The translations under genes were made by a program, and so were the position numbers. A stretch of 64,000 bases of DNA from Carcharhinus amblyrhynchos (Eukaryota), in assembly GCA_965287045.1 (NCBI GenBank), contig OZ336870.1, positions 127,100,001 through 127,164,000 on the forward strand, given 5' to 3'. Position 1 is the first letter of the stretch, and each line of letters starts with the position of its first letter. The notes beneath the pieces are model-generated. The model had not been told where the DNA came from and did no database searches. It was given only the letters and a program-made list of their open reading frames with translations. Below, in pieces: positions 46,779-59,507 of this stretch.

Positions 46779-49700
46779 ATATATATGTGTATAGTTCTTC
46801 AAGTTAACAAATATAAACAGTCAACTAACTTAAGATTACGAAGGCTTTGTTAAGACCTACTGAATGGTATCCAACACCCTGCAATATGTGGCAGCAAAAA
46901 CGTAAAGCTCAAAATCTCACAAATAATGCAGAGAAAAGCTAAAATCTGGCAAGACTAAAGAAAAGTTTGAAGAAACATCGTGACCTGAAGAAACCCTTGA
47001 GAAGCAGACATATTGTGGAAAATCACCAGGGAAAAGCTCCAAAGAAACGCTTGGAAGCTGCATAAACAGTTTAAGTTCTGCACTGCAGCAGAAGATTCTA
47101 GAGGATCTCCTGGAAGCCCAGCTTAAACTCCCAGAGTGCAGAGTCAAAAGACCTAACAGGGGTGAGCTACAACTTCTGAATTGAAGGAAAGCAATTCCTG
47201 CGAAACTTCTAAATATTTCAGTGTTCAGAAATTGCAGTTTTAAAAATTCTTGTTGGAAGCAAAATAAATTCTTGAGATGGTGGTTATTGTAGATAGTAAA
47301 TGTGTACAGTTAACCTACTTGAGGCTACAAAGATTTCATTCTGATCTACTGAACAGTATCCAACAAACTCCAATACTAACTAACTTTGGAAATGCCCAGT
47401 GCTGCTGGGTTCAAAAAGTGGAAAACATTCCCTTCCTACATTCAGGATCATTTGCCCTGCACGCAAACAGATTCAGTTATTGTTCACCCCCCTCAGATTC
47501 CCAAAGAGGCGGACAAGAAAAATGGTGTCATATTAACTAAGCCATTGACAATGATTTAATAATCTCCATTTAAACCGTCTCCAAGGTTTGATCTTTTCTT
47601 CAAAATGTTTAGATGAAGATGTTGCTTCCATGAGAGTAAAAATTATTTTTATTGCTTCAATGCAATCTTGCTTGTCAAATTTTTTAAAGTATGGCAGTAT
47701 TAACAAGAGGGATAGTTCATGGACAGCAGTTTTTATCAAATATTTTCTTGTTGAAAAGCAATGCAGCTGGTGACCTGCAATGTGAAAGTCAGCTTGTACT
47801 CCCTTATACCGTAGCTGTAGGATTGTCCCTACTTCCCAGGTGTTTACCGTTTGGACATTTTTACAGCAATAGCATATTCTGTTTCAATATCCTTTCTAAT
47901 TAGTAACTCATAATGTTGATTTATTAAATTGGATCATGTGTAAGTTGTCGTGTGGTCTGGTGCCCCACACGGTGCGTGTGTTTAGTGAGGCTGGTGAAAA
48001 CACCACAGTGAATGGTCAACCAAACTCATAAAAGTTTATTGCCAGTGGGCCTCAGGCATCAGCCACGATCCTAGAGATAAGGATGGGAAGCGTCTGAACT
48101 GAAGGAGCCTCCTCATTTAATGTAGAGCCAGGGAAACAAAAAGAAACTTACAACATACATTTTGAATGGTGGCCTTCAGCAAGTCTCTGCAGAGACAGCT
48201 GGCTTGGATGCAAAATACCTAAAGAAATTGATCACAGAAAATACAGCATGTTCAAAAAAGGTTGCAAAGGAAGCCTGGAACAAAGATTAGCCCCCCAGTT
48301 TGCATACGCAAAGGTAATGATTCCTGTTTCAGGCACGTGATCTGGTCTGGTGGAACCTTAATCAATAAGACAGGCAATGCACTCACAGCTTGGACTAAGG
48401 CTGTGTACCACCACCTGGTATGTTGGACCCTTGGGTTTTGATTTCATGTCTGTAAAACAAATAGCACACCATCCAATTTCTAAGCCAATGTGCCAATGAA
48501 ATTCCACGATCCTAGTCACCCGACATAAGACTTTGTTTTTCAAAATATGCCTACAATATGGCATCAGCTGGTCTTATTTCAGATTCAGCCAATTTAAGGA
48601 TGTAATAGGATACATCCTCAAGAGACAGGTTCGCACTAACACCACAGCATTTGTGCTAAATTGTGCAAATATCTGACATGAGTAGTCAATAGGGGATACA
48701 ATAATTACAGAAATGGCATGCAGATTTCTCTGTCAGCTGTACTTAGAAATTATCTTCCAAATGTTTGATTTTCTTGAATGTCTGCTTTAAAATATTAAGT
48801 CTGTGGTACATTGCTTTTCTTCTATAATTAGACAGTAGTGAGCTCTTTAGAGGGGCTCCTAATGAGTTGCAGACATTTGCACTACAGACAATAACATTCT
48901 GAGCTATTGTTTTGATATGAGGGGAATCACCATCAAAAACTAATGTAAATACATAGTAATATGCTTGCCCAAAATTGAGCTCAAAGGTGTATGTTTATCT
49001 AGCTTTTAGCTTGCCAGAATTTATTTGCATACTGGAAGTAATTTTGCTGAAGAGGTCCAGTTTTTCCAATGCATAGCATTTTGTCAATGGTATTGTTGAA
49101 TTCAGTCATATTGGACATTTACAGACTCCATTTTGAACATGCAGTAAATAAAAATCAGTGTTCTGTCTTCATTGTTCCGCAGCCGCTTTGCCTTGGCACG
49201 TTAACGTATATTGTTTCTGGCTGTGTTACTGCAAAAGAGTATGAACAGCATTGCCCAAAGTATTTGGCAGTACACAACCAAGCAGAGCAGTTATTTAATA
49301 TCACTGATGCAAATGGTTGCTTGGTATTCCCATATTGCCATGAAGGTTAAATGCATTCAAAACTCATTTGATACTGTGCAGTGCTCCAGTTATTGCATCA
49401 GCCAGTGAGAGTTGACTTGCCAACCTAGTTATTCTTTCCAAATAATCATCAGCTCCATCAACTCATTCTTTACCATATCAACTTTTCTATAAGCCTGTGC
49501 TGTGATCTGCACCTTACACATCTAGGTTTATAAGTAGGATCACCTAATCAATTTTCTGATAGGATTTTCAACAAAAGGGCTTGTATTTATATAGTACCTT
49601 TCACAAGCTCAGGATTTCCCCAAGCACCTTCCAGTACCTGCAGTTCACTCACATCCTGTGCATTTTTAGACCAAACCACAAGATCGCTTGTCTAGTAACC

Positions 49701-50999
49701 ACTAAATACTGCATCTTGTTGCATTAATTCATATTTTTCTCTTCCAGACCCAAATATCGTTTTCTGTGATTGTCAATCTCTTCAGTATATAAACCAAAAG
49801 ATAAAATAAAAAGACCCAGCCTGCACTGTTATAAATCTTCTCTTCTATATAAATTTGATACATCCACATTTCAATTTGGCAACCCAATCAGAATGTGTAA
49901 AAAAAAAATCTATAGGGCGTAGGTTTGCTGATCTCTAGGAATGGATGAAAGACTACCAGAATCTCCTGGCAGTTATTAAAAGCACTCTGGAAATTTTGAT
50001 TCCTGGTGGCCACAGAGACCATTCAACAGAACAGGCAGGTGCAGTGAAACAATGACACAGAACACTTACATTACTCACAAACCTGACCCCTCACCCACAC
50101 TAAATTGAAAAATTATGGCTTTATGAAGTATAGGTATGAAACTTACAGAGCAAAGGTCAATCAAAGATGTTATCACATTTGTAGGAAAGAAATCTGCCAA
50201 ATTAGCTTCACTCTGAATTGGCAATCCTAATTGGACACACATTTCAAAGATTCTATAGAGTTGGAAGAAACAATGCATTTTTTGCTCGAATAAATAATCT
50301 TAATTGTTTTTCCTTTCATTTCTACATTTTTCTTGATTAGTTGACCTTTATCAGTAGGCTGCAATTTGTGGAGAAAATTGGTCATTCATCCTTTTTACAT
50401 CTCTCCTGATTTTTAATTTCCATTAGCTCCAATAGCGTACACGTATTGTACACTATTGGGCAAGGTCAGAATTTACCTTGGTACGTCGTAAGGTAAACCT
50501 GTGTATTTTTTGTATTTTCATGGGATCGGTTTTGATTCCTCTTATTTTAGGCTCAGATGGGTCGTCACACACTCTCCACTCTTAGCCAATCAACAGGACT
50601 GGAATTCAGCAAAGGAGCAAACAAGGAGCAATACACCTGCAACTATCTCACACACCAGTCTTCAGTGCCACCATCCTGTCACAGGAACAGGATCAGAATA
50701 GAAGCCAGATGATGTAATTGAGATAAAAAAAATTCCTGGTAACATCGTAGGAAAGAAAAACTGCAAGAACGAGGCAGAGAAAAAATGTTAACCAATGCTT
50801 GTAATGGAGATTTAGAGGGAAAGAGAAAAATAATAGGATTATGAAAGGCAAAATATGAAGTTAAATGATTGAACTTTCAGATTGGCTTTGTTTGTTGATC
50901 AAAGATAGCCAGTGCTTCCTGTTCAATATGGGGCATAGTTACTCTCAGCTTTTCTCAAGGTTCAAGAAGCAAAAACAATGATTCTTTCTTCACTCCATG

Positions 51000-53365
51000 A
51001 CATTATGTGGAAGGAATGTGACTGGTTAATGTCCTGAGATGCAGGCGGCTCTGTGATGGTCTTAACCCTAGAAGATGTGAAAGCCGGTAGCATCAATCAA
51101 GTATCCCAAATCCCCAGTGGAGAATTGGAATTACTCACACTTGTCCTTAGGGAATCTTAGACCATAGTCTTCCAATCTCTGTAGAGTGGCACCCAAGTTT
51201 TGAAGGTATTCCTCTTCATTTCTTCTGTTGACTGGGCTGTCATCCAGATAGCACTGGACTCCATTCAGGGTCTAATTCATTACCCTTTGAAACAATGCAG
51301 GAGTAAATATAAAACCAAATGACAATCTTTGATACCAGAACAAGTATTTGTGTGTCATGATTGTCAGAAGTTCCTGTGATGACTTGTCTACATTCATCTG
51401 CAAATAGGCTTGACTCAGATTAATTTTGATAAGATTTTGACTTCCTGCCAATCCCACAAACAAGTCTTCAATGCAAGGTAATAGGCACTGTTCAGCACAC
51501 AACACTGGATTTATGGTGCCTTGACGTCTCCCCAAATCTTACTGATCCACCTTTCTTGAAGACTGAAATAATAGGTTTGCCCATTCACTGATGCTGATAG
51601 GTTCCCAAACTCCAGTCTTCACCAGTCACTCCCAAGATAGCCTCCACCTTCAGCCTAATAGCATATGGTACATACCTTGCCTTGAAACAATTTGCTTGGT
51701 TTATGTCTTTTATTTAGAGTTTGACTGTAGTGTATTTCATGCTTCCTAATTCTTCATCAAAAACAACAGTACACATTAAACTTGTTGTGAGGCCTGATCC
51801 TTGATTGGCCATCAAATTGAATTTAACCCAGTTAATTCGAATCTTCCCCAACCATGCCATCCACCAACGCTGGATAGTTTCCCTTCGCTACACATAGAAG
51901 CAAATCTGCTGTTTGCCCAGTGAACTGCACAACCACTTCAGTGTGGCTCTTCAAAGGAACCACTTTACCTATGTATATCTTCATCACTGTCCTTATTGGT
52001 CTTAAGGGAATGTGTTTGAATTTCTATCTGCAGGTAGTCCCTGCACCAGCAATATAGCTGCCGCAGTGTCAAATTCTATTCCTCCGGGTTGTCCATTCAG
52101 CAGGGAGTGACTCAGTATCTATGTTTAGTACCAGTGATGGCTAGCACATTTAGTGATAATTCCTCCTCTGACTATGAGTCTCTTCACTTTTCTCGACTCA
52201 TTTGCACAACATTTCTCCTTTTATTTTGTTTAAATGCTGTCTTGGTTTATTCTAGCATCTTATTTTTTGCTACTTCCTGCAGTCATGTTCAATGTCCTTT
52301 TTTTATACAGCTTCGATATTCTATATCTTTACACCAGCATTCAGCAATAGAATGCCCTGGCATTAGTCACTGGTAACAAGCTTTGGAACTCTTACGTGTC
52401 AAGTCAGCAGACATCAGTACACAAATTCAGTTGCTGGGCTTCCTGTGCAGCCAGCTCCATAGGAACAGCAATTCTAATTGTCTCCTGCAGAGTAAGATTA
52501 CTGTCAGTTAACAGATATTTTTGTATTGATTCACTGCGTAGATCACAAATAAATCTGTCTTGAATAGTATCATTCAGCACATCTTCAAATTCTTAATATT
52601 CTGCATGTCTTTTAAGGACTGCCATGAATTGCGCAATTGACTCCCACTCTTTTTGGTTCCTTTTATTGAATCTTAAGGCGCTCTGGTGAAAAATGTGCTT
52701 GCATAATGTCCACAATCTCTGTATTTTAATGTCGGGTTTGTCAAGTTGTACTAAACTACGGAGGAGATTAAAAGACATTTCCCCCATCATGCTCAGGAAA
52801 GTGGGCACTATTTGTTTGCCTGTATAAAATAGTCACAACAGTTGTTATAAACGGGATCACCAATGGGTCCTCATTTTAATCAAAAAGTCCCATGATGCCA
52901 AAAACCCTGTCATTTTTTTCACTTAGGCAGATTTCATTTATGCACACTTCAGAACTGCATTTCCAGCAGCTGCCTCAAATTTATTACACGCAGGTTCCCT
53001 AACTAAGCTTCAGTCTCTTATTTATCATAGCCAGCTCTATAAACTGTTTGCAGACTATGGAGACTAATAGCCTAACCTGTGTGAAATTTGTCTTTTTATT
53101 CCCACATTTCCTTGGTTAATTTCTTTCCCGATGGTTAATAAGTACATGTCCATAGTGCTCGTCGCCAGTTTTTGTTATGTATTGGAGACATGATATGCAG
53201 GACAGGTTAAAAACAAATGGAGCTTTATTAATGGTATTTGATATCTTCCATGGCAACTTCCTTTCTTTTTCTCTGTCTCTTTTTTCCATGAAAGGTCTGT
53301 ATCACTTCTGGTGCATATAACAGAGCTCTGCATTAGGCAGTAGGAATGAATACATGTATGTAACA
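51000..53365 (-). mobile_element. Degenerate Gypsy LTR retrotransposon: 5' LTR, PBS, gag, protease and RT; 3' part missing
   Basis: LTR 53173-53365 with TGTTA...TAACA ends; PBS tggcgacgag (53167-53158); gag PTFLSMMG...RFNKRNQKEWESIAQF; decayed CCHC knuckles ~52280-52378; protease EFDTAAA ~52070; RT KINLSQAYLQM...VQCYLDD ~51240. Confidence 0.9.
53158..53167 (-). other. Primer-binding site complementary to the tRNA-Ser(GCT) 3' end
   Basis: Plus-strand ctcgtcgcca equals the 3' terminus (...CUCGUCG-CCA) of vertebrate tRNA-Ser(GCU), a few bases from the LTR. Confidence 0.7.
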
Positions 53366-53535
53366 CTGTCTTTCTCTCCATCTTTAAGACACGCCTTAAA
53401 ACTTATATCTTTGACCAATTGTTTTGGTCATCTGCACTAATATCCCCTTATTTGGCTGCGTCAAATAGTCAGTGTTTTGCTTCAGTAAAACATATTTTAT
53501 TGTTTTAAAGGCACTAAATAAATCCAAGTTATTTA
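53366..53535 (+). mobile_element. L2-type LINE 3' tail
   Basis: ctttaagacacgccttaaaacttatatctttgaccaa...ttttggtcatctg; an inverse copy lies at ~58915-59110. Confidence 0.7.
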
Positions 53536-54560
53536 TATTTCATTTAATAACAAGAAGAGAAGAACCTCTCGTGCTTCAGACCATATTGAGTTTCAGCAAC
53601 GCTGGTTATAGACTTGTTAGGACTCACAATTTGCACCTTAGGCAGGTCATAGTTCAGAATGATTGTGCAGTTAAATCAATTAAGATAGGGTGATGAATAT
53701 GTCTTGTCAGAACTGCTGACAATTATTAGCAGAGTCAGGAAATAGGATGAAGAATGCCATAATGAGGGGCAGGGAGGTTAGAAGATGTTCTCATTATAAA
53801 ATAATCAATGGTAGCCATTGAGAGGTGCAATGAAGTGAATTTGAAACCTAATACCATCTCACAATACAACTTAATCCCATAAATTCTCTCATAAGAACGT
53901 AAGACTTTGGTTGGACAAGGAAAAAAACTGTTAGATTTAACAAGTTCACCTATATCTAGCCGACTTTAGAACTCATTTCTAAAATCTGCTTCAGTGCTGT
54001 TTTTTGGTAACCTATTCACAAGCCTACTATCTTTTGAAGAGATTAATTAAAAGTTTCATCTGACTTCCTCCTTTGTTCTTAATTTTCAATTTGTATGCCC
54101 AGTATGGAACCTCATCCAGCTGAAACGCATATCGTAAATTCAGCCCAGTGTCTATACACTACAAAATTATCCTGAAGTTTTCCAGAGGAATGTTTTTATA
54201 AATCACTGTAGGATATAAGTTTAGTCCCCAAAGTGGAGATTTCCTGACAGGAGAGTATATTGCGCAGGGATGTTCCATTCAAATAGACAGAATATCAGGC
54301 AGTGTTAATCTTCACAGCCAAACAAATGATAGGTAAAACGCTATTCTGGGGTGTAAGTTCACAAAATCAATACATAACGTGTGTTAACCTGGTACATTTT
54401 GTAGCATTCTGCACTTTGAATTGGAGGAATGAGAGTTTGCGTCCAGCTGTATAACATGAGCATAATCTAGGCTGACACTTTGGTGGCCAGAGCTCCCTGG
54501 CGACCTGGCTAACATTTCTTCCTCAATGACTACCAACAAGAATCAGTAAACAAGCTATCT

Positions 54561-54790
54561 CATAATGTCCACAATCTGTATATTTCAATGCCGGGTTTGT
54601 CAGGTGCACTAACGGAGGAGACTAAAAGTCATTTCCCCATCGTACTCAGGGCACTGTAATATCTTCAGTTATTTGTTTGCCAGCACAAAATAATCACAAC
54701 ATTTATTATAAATAGGATCACCCATTGGTCCTCATTTTCATCAAAAGGTCCCATGATGCCAAAAACCCCTGTCATTTTTTCATTTAAGCA
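54561..54790 (-). repeat. ~230-bp copy of the Gypsy gag 5' region (52702-52930)
   Basis: Shares cataatgtccacaatct ... gtcccatgatgccaaaaaccc...gtcatttttt in the same orientation. Confidence 0.9.
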
Positions 54791-54915
54791 GTGATGTAAG
54801 GTAATTGACATGAAATGTTAACTTTGTTTCTCTCTCCACGGTCTGAGTAATTGAGTATTTCCAGCATTTTCTGTTTTTGTTTTAGGTTTCTAGCATCCTC
54901 AGTATTTTACTTTTG
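54791..54915 (+). mobile_element. Penelope-associated short repeat with decayed hammerhead core
   Basis: gtgatgtaaggtaattgacatgaaatgttaactttgtttctctctccac...gagtatttccagcattttctgttttt. Confidence 0.6.
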
Positions 54916-56514
54916 TATCTCACTACTTCTTGTGAGACATTGCTATGTGCACAAATATATACCTGATCACAATAATCAACAATATAATTCATTCTGTGCG
55001 AGACGTTTTGATGCTTAAAATCTATATAAGCACAAGTTTGTTCTTCTTTCTAATTCTGCCAAACAGAAGTGGATCTTTGGGTTTGTACTGTGGGTGATGA
55101 GGCAGTGAGAATGGATTAATTATATATCCACGTAGATTGCTTGCAACGTACAGCTTGAATTTGAATTTCTTATTAAATTCTAATCCTGCATCTTCTAGCT
55201 GCCAGTTGGCCCTCATCATTTTTGACATACAGGCAGTCTTTCACAATAACTTGATTAAAAGCACAGATTGGTGAAGCCAACATATTCATGGCAATCATTT
55301 CAACAAGTTAGATCTGATATCAGCAACTTCATACACACATAGGATAGGATGATTGTTCAAAATGACCTTAATGCATTTCTCCACCTCTCATGATATTGCC
55401 ACGCAACAAGATTATTCTACAATGTCCTGAGAGAGGATCTTTCTTGCTTTTTATACATAAACTTCAACAAACTGTTGTGCATTTATTGTCTCAAAGCTGC
55501 ACAAAACCAGACTAAATCAGATTAACTTGAAACTCTTTCTGAGCTGGAATAATTTTTCTCTTTGTGAAATCAAAACCACACTGGGTCCTGTCATGCAGAC
55601 TTGGCTAGGCAAAACGCAAAAATAGTTTCTAATGAGATTCACGTAGCACAAGTCATCTTATTGCAGACGATGTCAATGGTTTGTTGGAAGCTAAGTGGTT
55701 TTCTTTTAAGAACGGATGAGCATATTTTAAAGTCATATATGACTTCAGTTTTGAAAAAGACCGGCATACTGAATTTTACAGATTTAGTCACAAACAGGCT
55801 TACAGTTAGTCAATTGTAGAAACTGTATGTGTAATTTTGATAACCTTCAATACTGAGAAGACTTCTCATGTTAGTAAAATAATCAAAAGCTCACTGATGA
55901 AGACTCAGCACCTGGTGGGGCCTGTCTTCACCTTGTCCTTTTAGCTGTGATAAAATAATTGAAAGTCTCACTGGGTTGTTGAATGAATGGTAAATTGATC
56001 CTTGTATCATTCTCCATATCTACACTGTCATTCTTCTATGTGCTATACTAAATTACTTTTCGATCATAGAAGCTTGCAGCACCATTAAGAAAACAAGCCC
56101 CTCTTGTCCTCCTGTTGACTGAAATGCACAAGAATGATACAAGAGGTAGCAGCCAAGCAGGAATATTGTAATAGGAATATATCAGTTTTTAAAATGTGTT
56201 TTTCACAACATTGATAAGCATTTTGAACAACAGTGCTAGTCTTGATCCAATGGCTGCAGGCTATTAATGAAAGACATTGTTTTCGAAGGGCTTGCTATAT
56301 ATCCTTCTTTTTCTGCCGAAAACTGCTGACCCCCCCCTCCCACATGGTTTGCTGATTGACAAGATGAATCATTCATAATCACAAGCTGCCATCTTTTATC
56401 ACCTCTGATCCTGAGCATACAGTCATTTGCATCAAAGATCTACTCTTTCTAAACCTCTCTGACCTCCTGTGATCTCATCTTTATCAAAAGAAAGAAATAA
56501 TGAATCTTTTCAGT

Positions 56515-56845
56515 GGTGAGTTGGCTGAAGCAGCAGTTGGGGTGCTGTAATTGGCCTCGGTGAGCTTGGGCTCGGGAGAAGAATAAAAGCAGCTAACGGT
56601 CCTGCTTCTGATTATTAACCACTAGTTTCCACTGGTAAGTACATGTGTGTATGTGTGCACAGATGTTAAGTGAGAATCAGCTTTGTGTCGTAATGCCCCC
56701 CTGATAATAAATAGCCTGGCAACACTCAATGTCTAGGCTGATGGCTAATTAATGACAGTTTAGACAAGTCCCAGAGGGCTGTGGGTGCCAGTGATGCTGT
56801 ATCCCAGCATTAATCACCATCTTTCAGGAAAGAAAAGAGGAATAA
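56515..56845 (+). mobile_element. Ancient SINE-like repeat
   Basis: gtaattggcctcggtgagcttgggctcggg...aaatagcctggcaacactcaatgtctaggct; recognised as a shark repeat from memory, family unnamed. Confidence 0.5.
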
Positions 56846-57204
56846 TAACTACTTCTCTGTTTTTCACCTCCTTGTAATGGCATAGCAACAACGAGAGACT
56901 GTCTGCTCCAGGTGTCAGCTCTTCTTGTATTCGGGGAGTGTGTGTGCATGAGGTTGCACCATCTAATGGATAGGATGAAGACGGATGGATCTATGGTATC
57001 ATCCCACCTTCTGTATGTTTTGTTTTGTTTTGAACTTTTTGTATGTCAGTAAGTCACCTTATGATGCTAACAAGGTGTTACTGGCTGCTTCTGACTGTTC
57101 AAGGACCAGATCTAACTATGGCTGAGTGAAAAAACAAACATTGAAGGCGAGCTATATAAACTGAAATATTGCCATACCTTTCGACGTGGCTTCTAGAAAA
57201 TAAA

Positions 57205-57430
57205 TGAAGATTGCATTTCCATACTGCCTTTCATGAATTCAAAAAAACTGCTTTGCTTTTCAAAATAGAGTCATGGACCCTTGTGTATCCACCTGAACGG
57301 GCAATCAGGATTTTGATTTAACATTTCATCTGAAACACAGCAGCGCTGACAGTGCAGCACTCACTGTGTGCTGCACTGAAGAGTCAACTGATACTTTGTG
57401 AATTGGAATTACACTTCTGACAAAGAGGCA
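57205..57430 (-). mobile_element. SacSINE1/DeuSINE-like remnant
   Basis: tttaacatttcatctgaaac...gacagtgcagcactcactgtgtgctgcactgaa. Confidence 0.65.
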
Positions 57431-58914
57431 CCAGTAAATCTAAAGCTTAGCTAGAATGAACTGATTATTTGAGTCATGGTATGCTGGTACACATGGGACT
57501 GCTTAAATACCATTTTAGTATTTTTATTCCCAGTATTGGGATTTCAATCTGTTGGCATAAAGTTTAAGAGATTGGAAAGAAAGACATAAATCTTATTATA
57601 GAAAAATGCCAACCCTTTTTGTGATGTTGGTCAATTAGAGCTTATTTGAAAAGTTGAGAAATGTGTGGGTAAAATTGACTGTTGTGAGGTTTTGGCATAT
57701 GCAGTTCCTATTTGCTATGACATGGCGAGGATGACTCAGTACAGCACAGTTCTGGGTTTAATCTCCAAAGCTGTGAACAGATCCTAAATGTGATACATCA
57801 ACTTACATGCCAAAAACCTGTGGTACGACTCATACCATAACTGTAGAAAAGATTAAGAGTAGCAATGTGACAAAATGGTATTTATATATTTTTCCTCCTC
57901 CTTACTCTTTTTTCCAGTATTTTATTTCTCTGATTTCTGACTGAGATTTGCAAGTGCTCCTCCTGTTTGTCCTCAGAGGAACACGTGAGGAAATAAGATA
58001 TCTGTGAATGTATGATCATCAAGGATTCATAGTGTGGGAAAGCTTTAATAGATGATTTTGTCTGGTGCTATTGATTCAGGAACAGGACAATTTCCATGAT
58101 GATATTTTGCTTTTGTCACCTAGGCAAGAGAAATGCCTACAATTTCTCTCTCAATGTTGAATATGAAACATCAATGTTCTCTCAACTTCCTACTTGAGGA
58201 TCATTGTTTCACACGTGAGATTTCTGGCAAATGTTTGGTTGGCCGCTTAATTAGGTAGGGGTCTGTAATCAGCTGAGTTTATACAATTAGATGCGTGAAT
58301 GGACCCTGAAGAATTTTATTTTTAATCCTTATCTAGATTGCATCCTGAGAGGTACTATCAAATAAGTTCTCTGTTCTGCCATGCAGAGGCAATTGCAATT
58401 AATAAATATTTGTTTACCACAAATGCTTTCGAATGATTTAGTCTTTTGCGGCAGACATCAATTTGTCTCGGCACATGACTAACCTTCTTCACCCGAATTC
58501 TTACTGACTACAGAACTCGAGCATTGGTGCTTTGAGCAGGAACCAAGTGTTCCCTGTTCCCATTTTAATGGCACACGCTTGGGTGTGAGGAAATCTTTCC
58601 TGTCCAGATTATATGCTCACATTGTCAAACATGTTATTGACTATGCCTCACTAGCAAGGATGATTGTCTTTTATCAGTCCTAACATGGCCGATGAGGCCA
58701 ATTTGGAATCTGCAGACTTTCAGCACAGAGTGGAAATGACATATTAGCAACATGATGACCTGGCTTGTTATCAGTATACCTTCTGCAACAAAAGATGAAT
58801 GCCAACTGTTTTTGGACTGGTGGATTTTTCAGTTGCTGTTCCACATGTTTTCTTGGAAGATAATGTTGCATCCAAAGCAAAGATTTTCAGCTCCGTAGCA
58901 AAACAAAAACAGTA

Positions 58915-59110
58915 TCAATAATGGACATTTATAAAGTGCCTTTAACACATTTAAAAATACTAGAAGTCTTATTTGATACAATTTGATACCAAGCTACATA
59001 TAGGGATATTATAGTAGGTGACCAAAAGATTGATTAACGAGGTGGGTTTTGAAGAGTGACTTAAAGGAGAAGAAAGAATTTGGAGAGGCTGAGAAGTTTT
59101 GGAGGATGTT
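58915..59110 (-). mobile_element. L2-type LINE 3' tail
   Basis: aggtgaccaaaagattgattaacgaggtgggttttgaagagtgacttaaagga. Confidence 0.65.
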
Positions 59111-59381
59111 AATTCTCTCTGAATGGATAATAATGGCCCATAATTTATAGCGAGTGCTATATTTTTGCAAAAGTGCTACAGCAACTGCAGGCAGGGGCAG
59201 ACGCCTGATTAAAATTTGAAATTCAAACATTGGACCACTTCATGATTAGCTTTGTGAAAGCAGCATCATATTGTCTACCTCAATTTGAAATGCATTGAAT
59301 GGTGTGAAGCTGCTGTACCTGCACAGTAGATGCAAACTAAAGTTGCAACAGAAAGTCCGAGCTGGTTTGAAATGACACGTG

Positions 59382-59507
59382 GAGTGGGATTTTACAGCCT
59401 CGCTCATCCCAAAACTTTCTAATCTGGCCCGAGATCAAAGAAACTTTCTATTGTCCATCCCTGGCCTGCTCCAATTCGTGGGGTGGACAGGGCAGTAAAA
59501 TTCTGGC
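59382..59507. mobile_element. MITE (family of 34811-34936)
   Basis: gagtgggattttacagcc ... ggcagtaaaattctggcc. Confidence 0.65.

Noticed and set aside
46940-47185. Lys/Glu-rich open stretches resembling an exon
   Set aside because: Stops in the frames checked, no good splice acceptor and no recognisable domain.
48098-48340. ~80-codon stop-free stretch containing a possible donor site (aag|gtaatg)
   Set aside because: No acceptor or upstream start and no recognisable homology; the length is compatible with chance.
50550-50715. Possible exon after ttattttag
   Set aside because: All three frames close within about 55 codons and the peptides are unrecognised.
55895-55932. ctgatgaagac...gtcttca as a hammerhead
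   Set aside because: It lacks the GAAA core after the stem.
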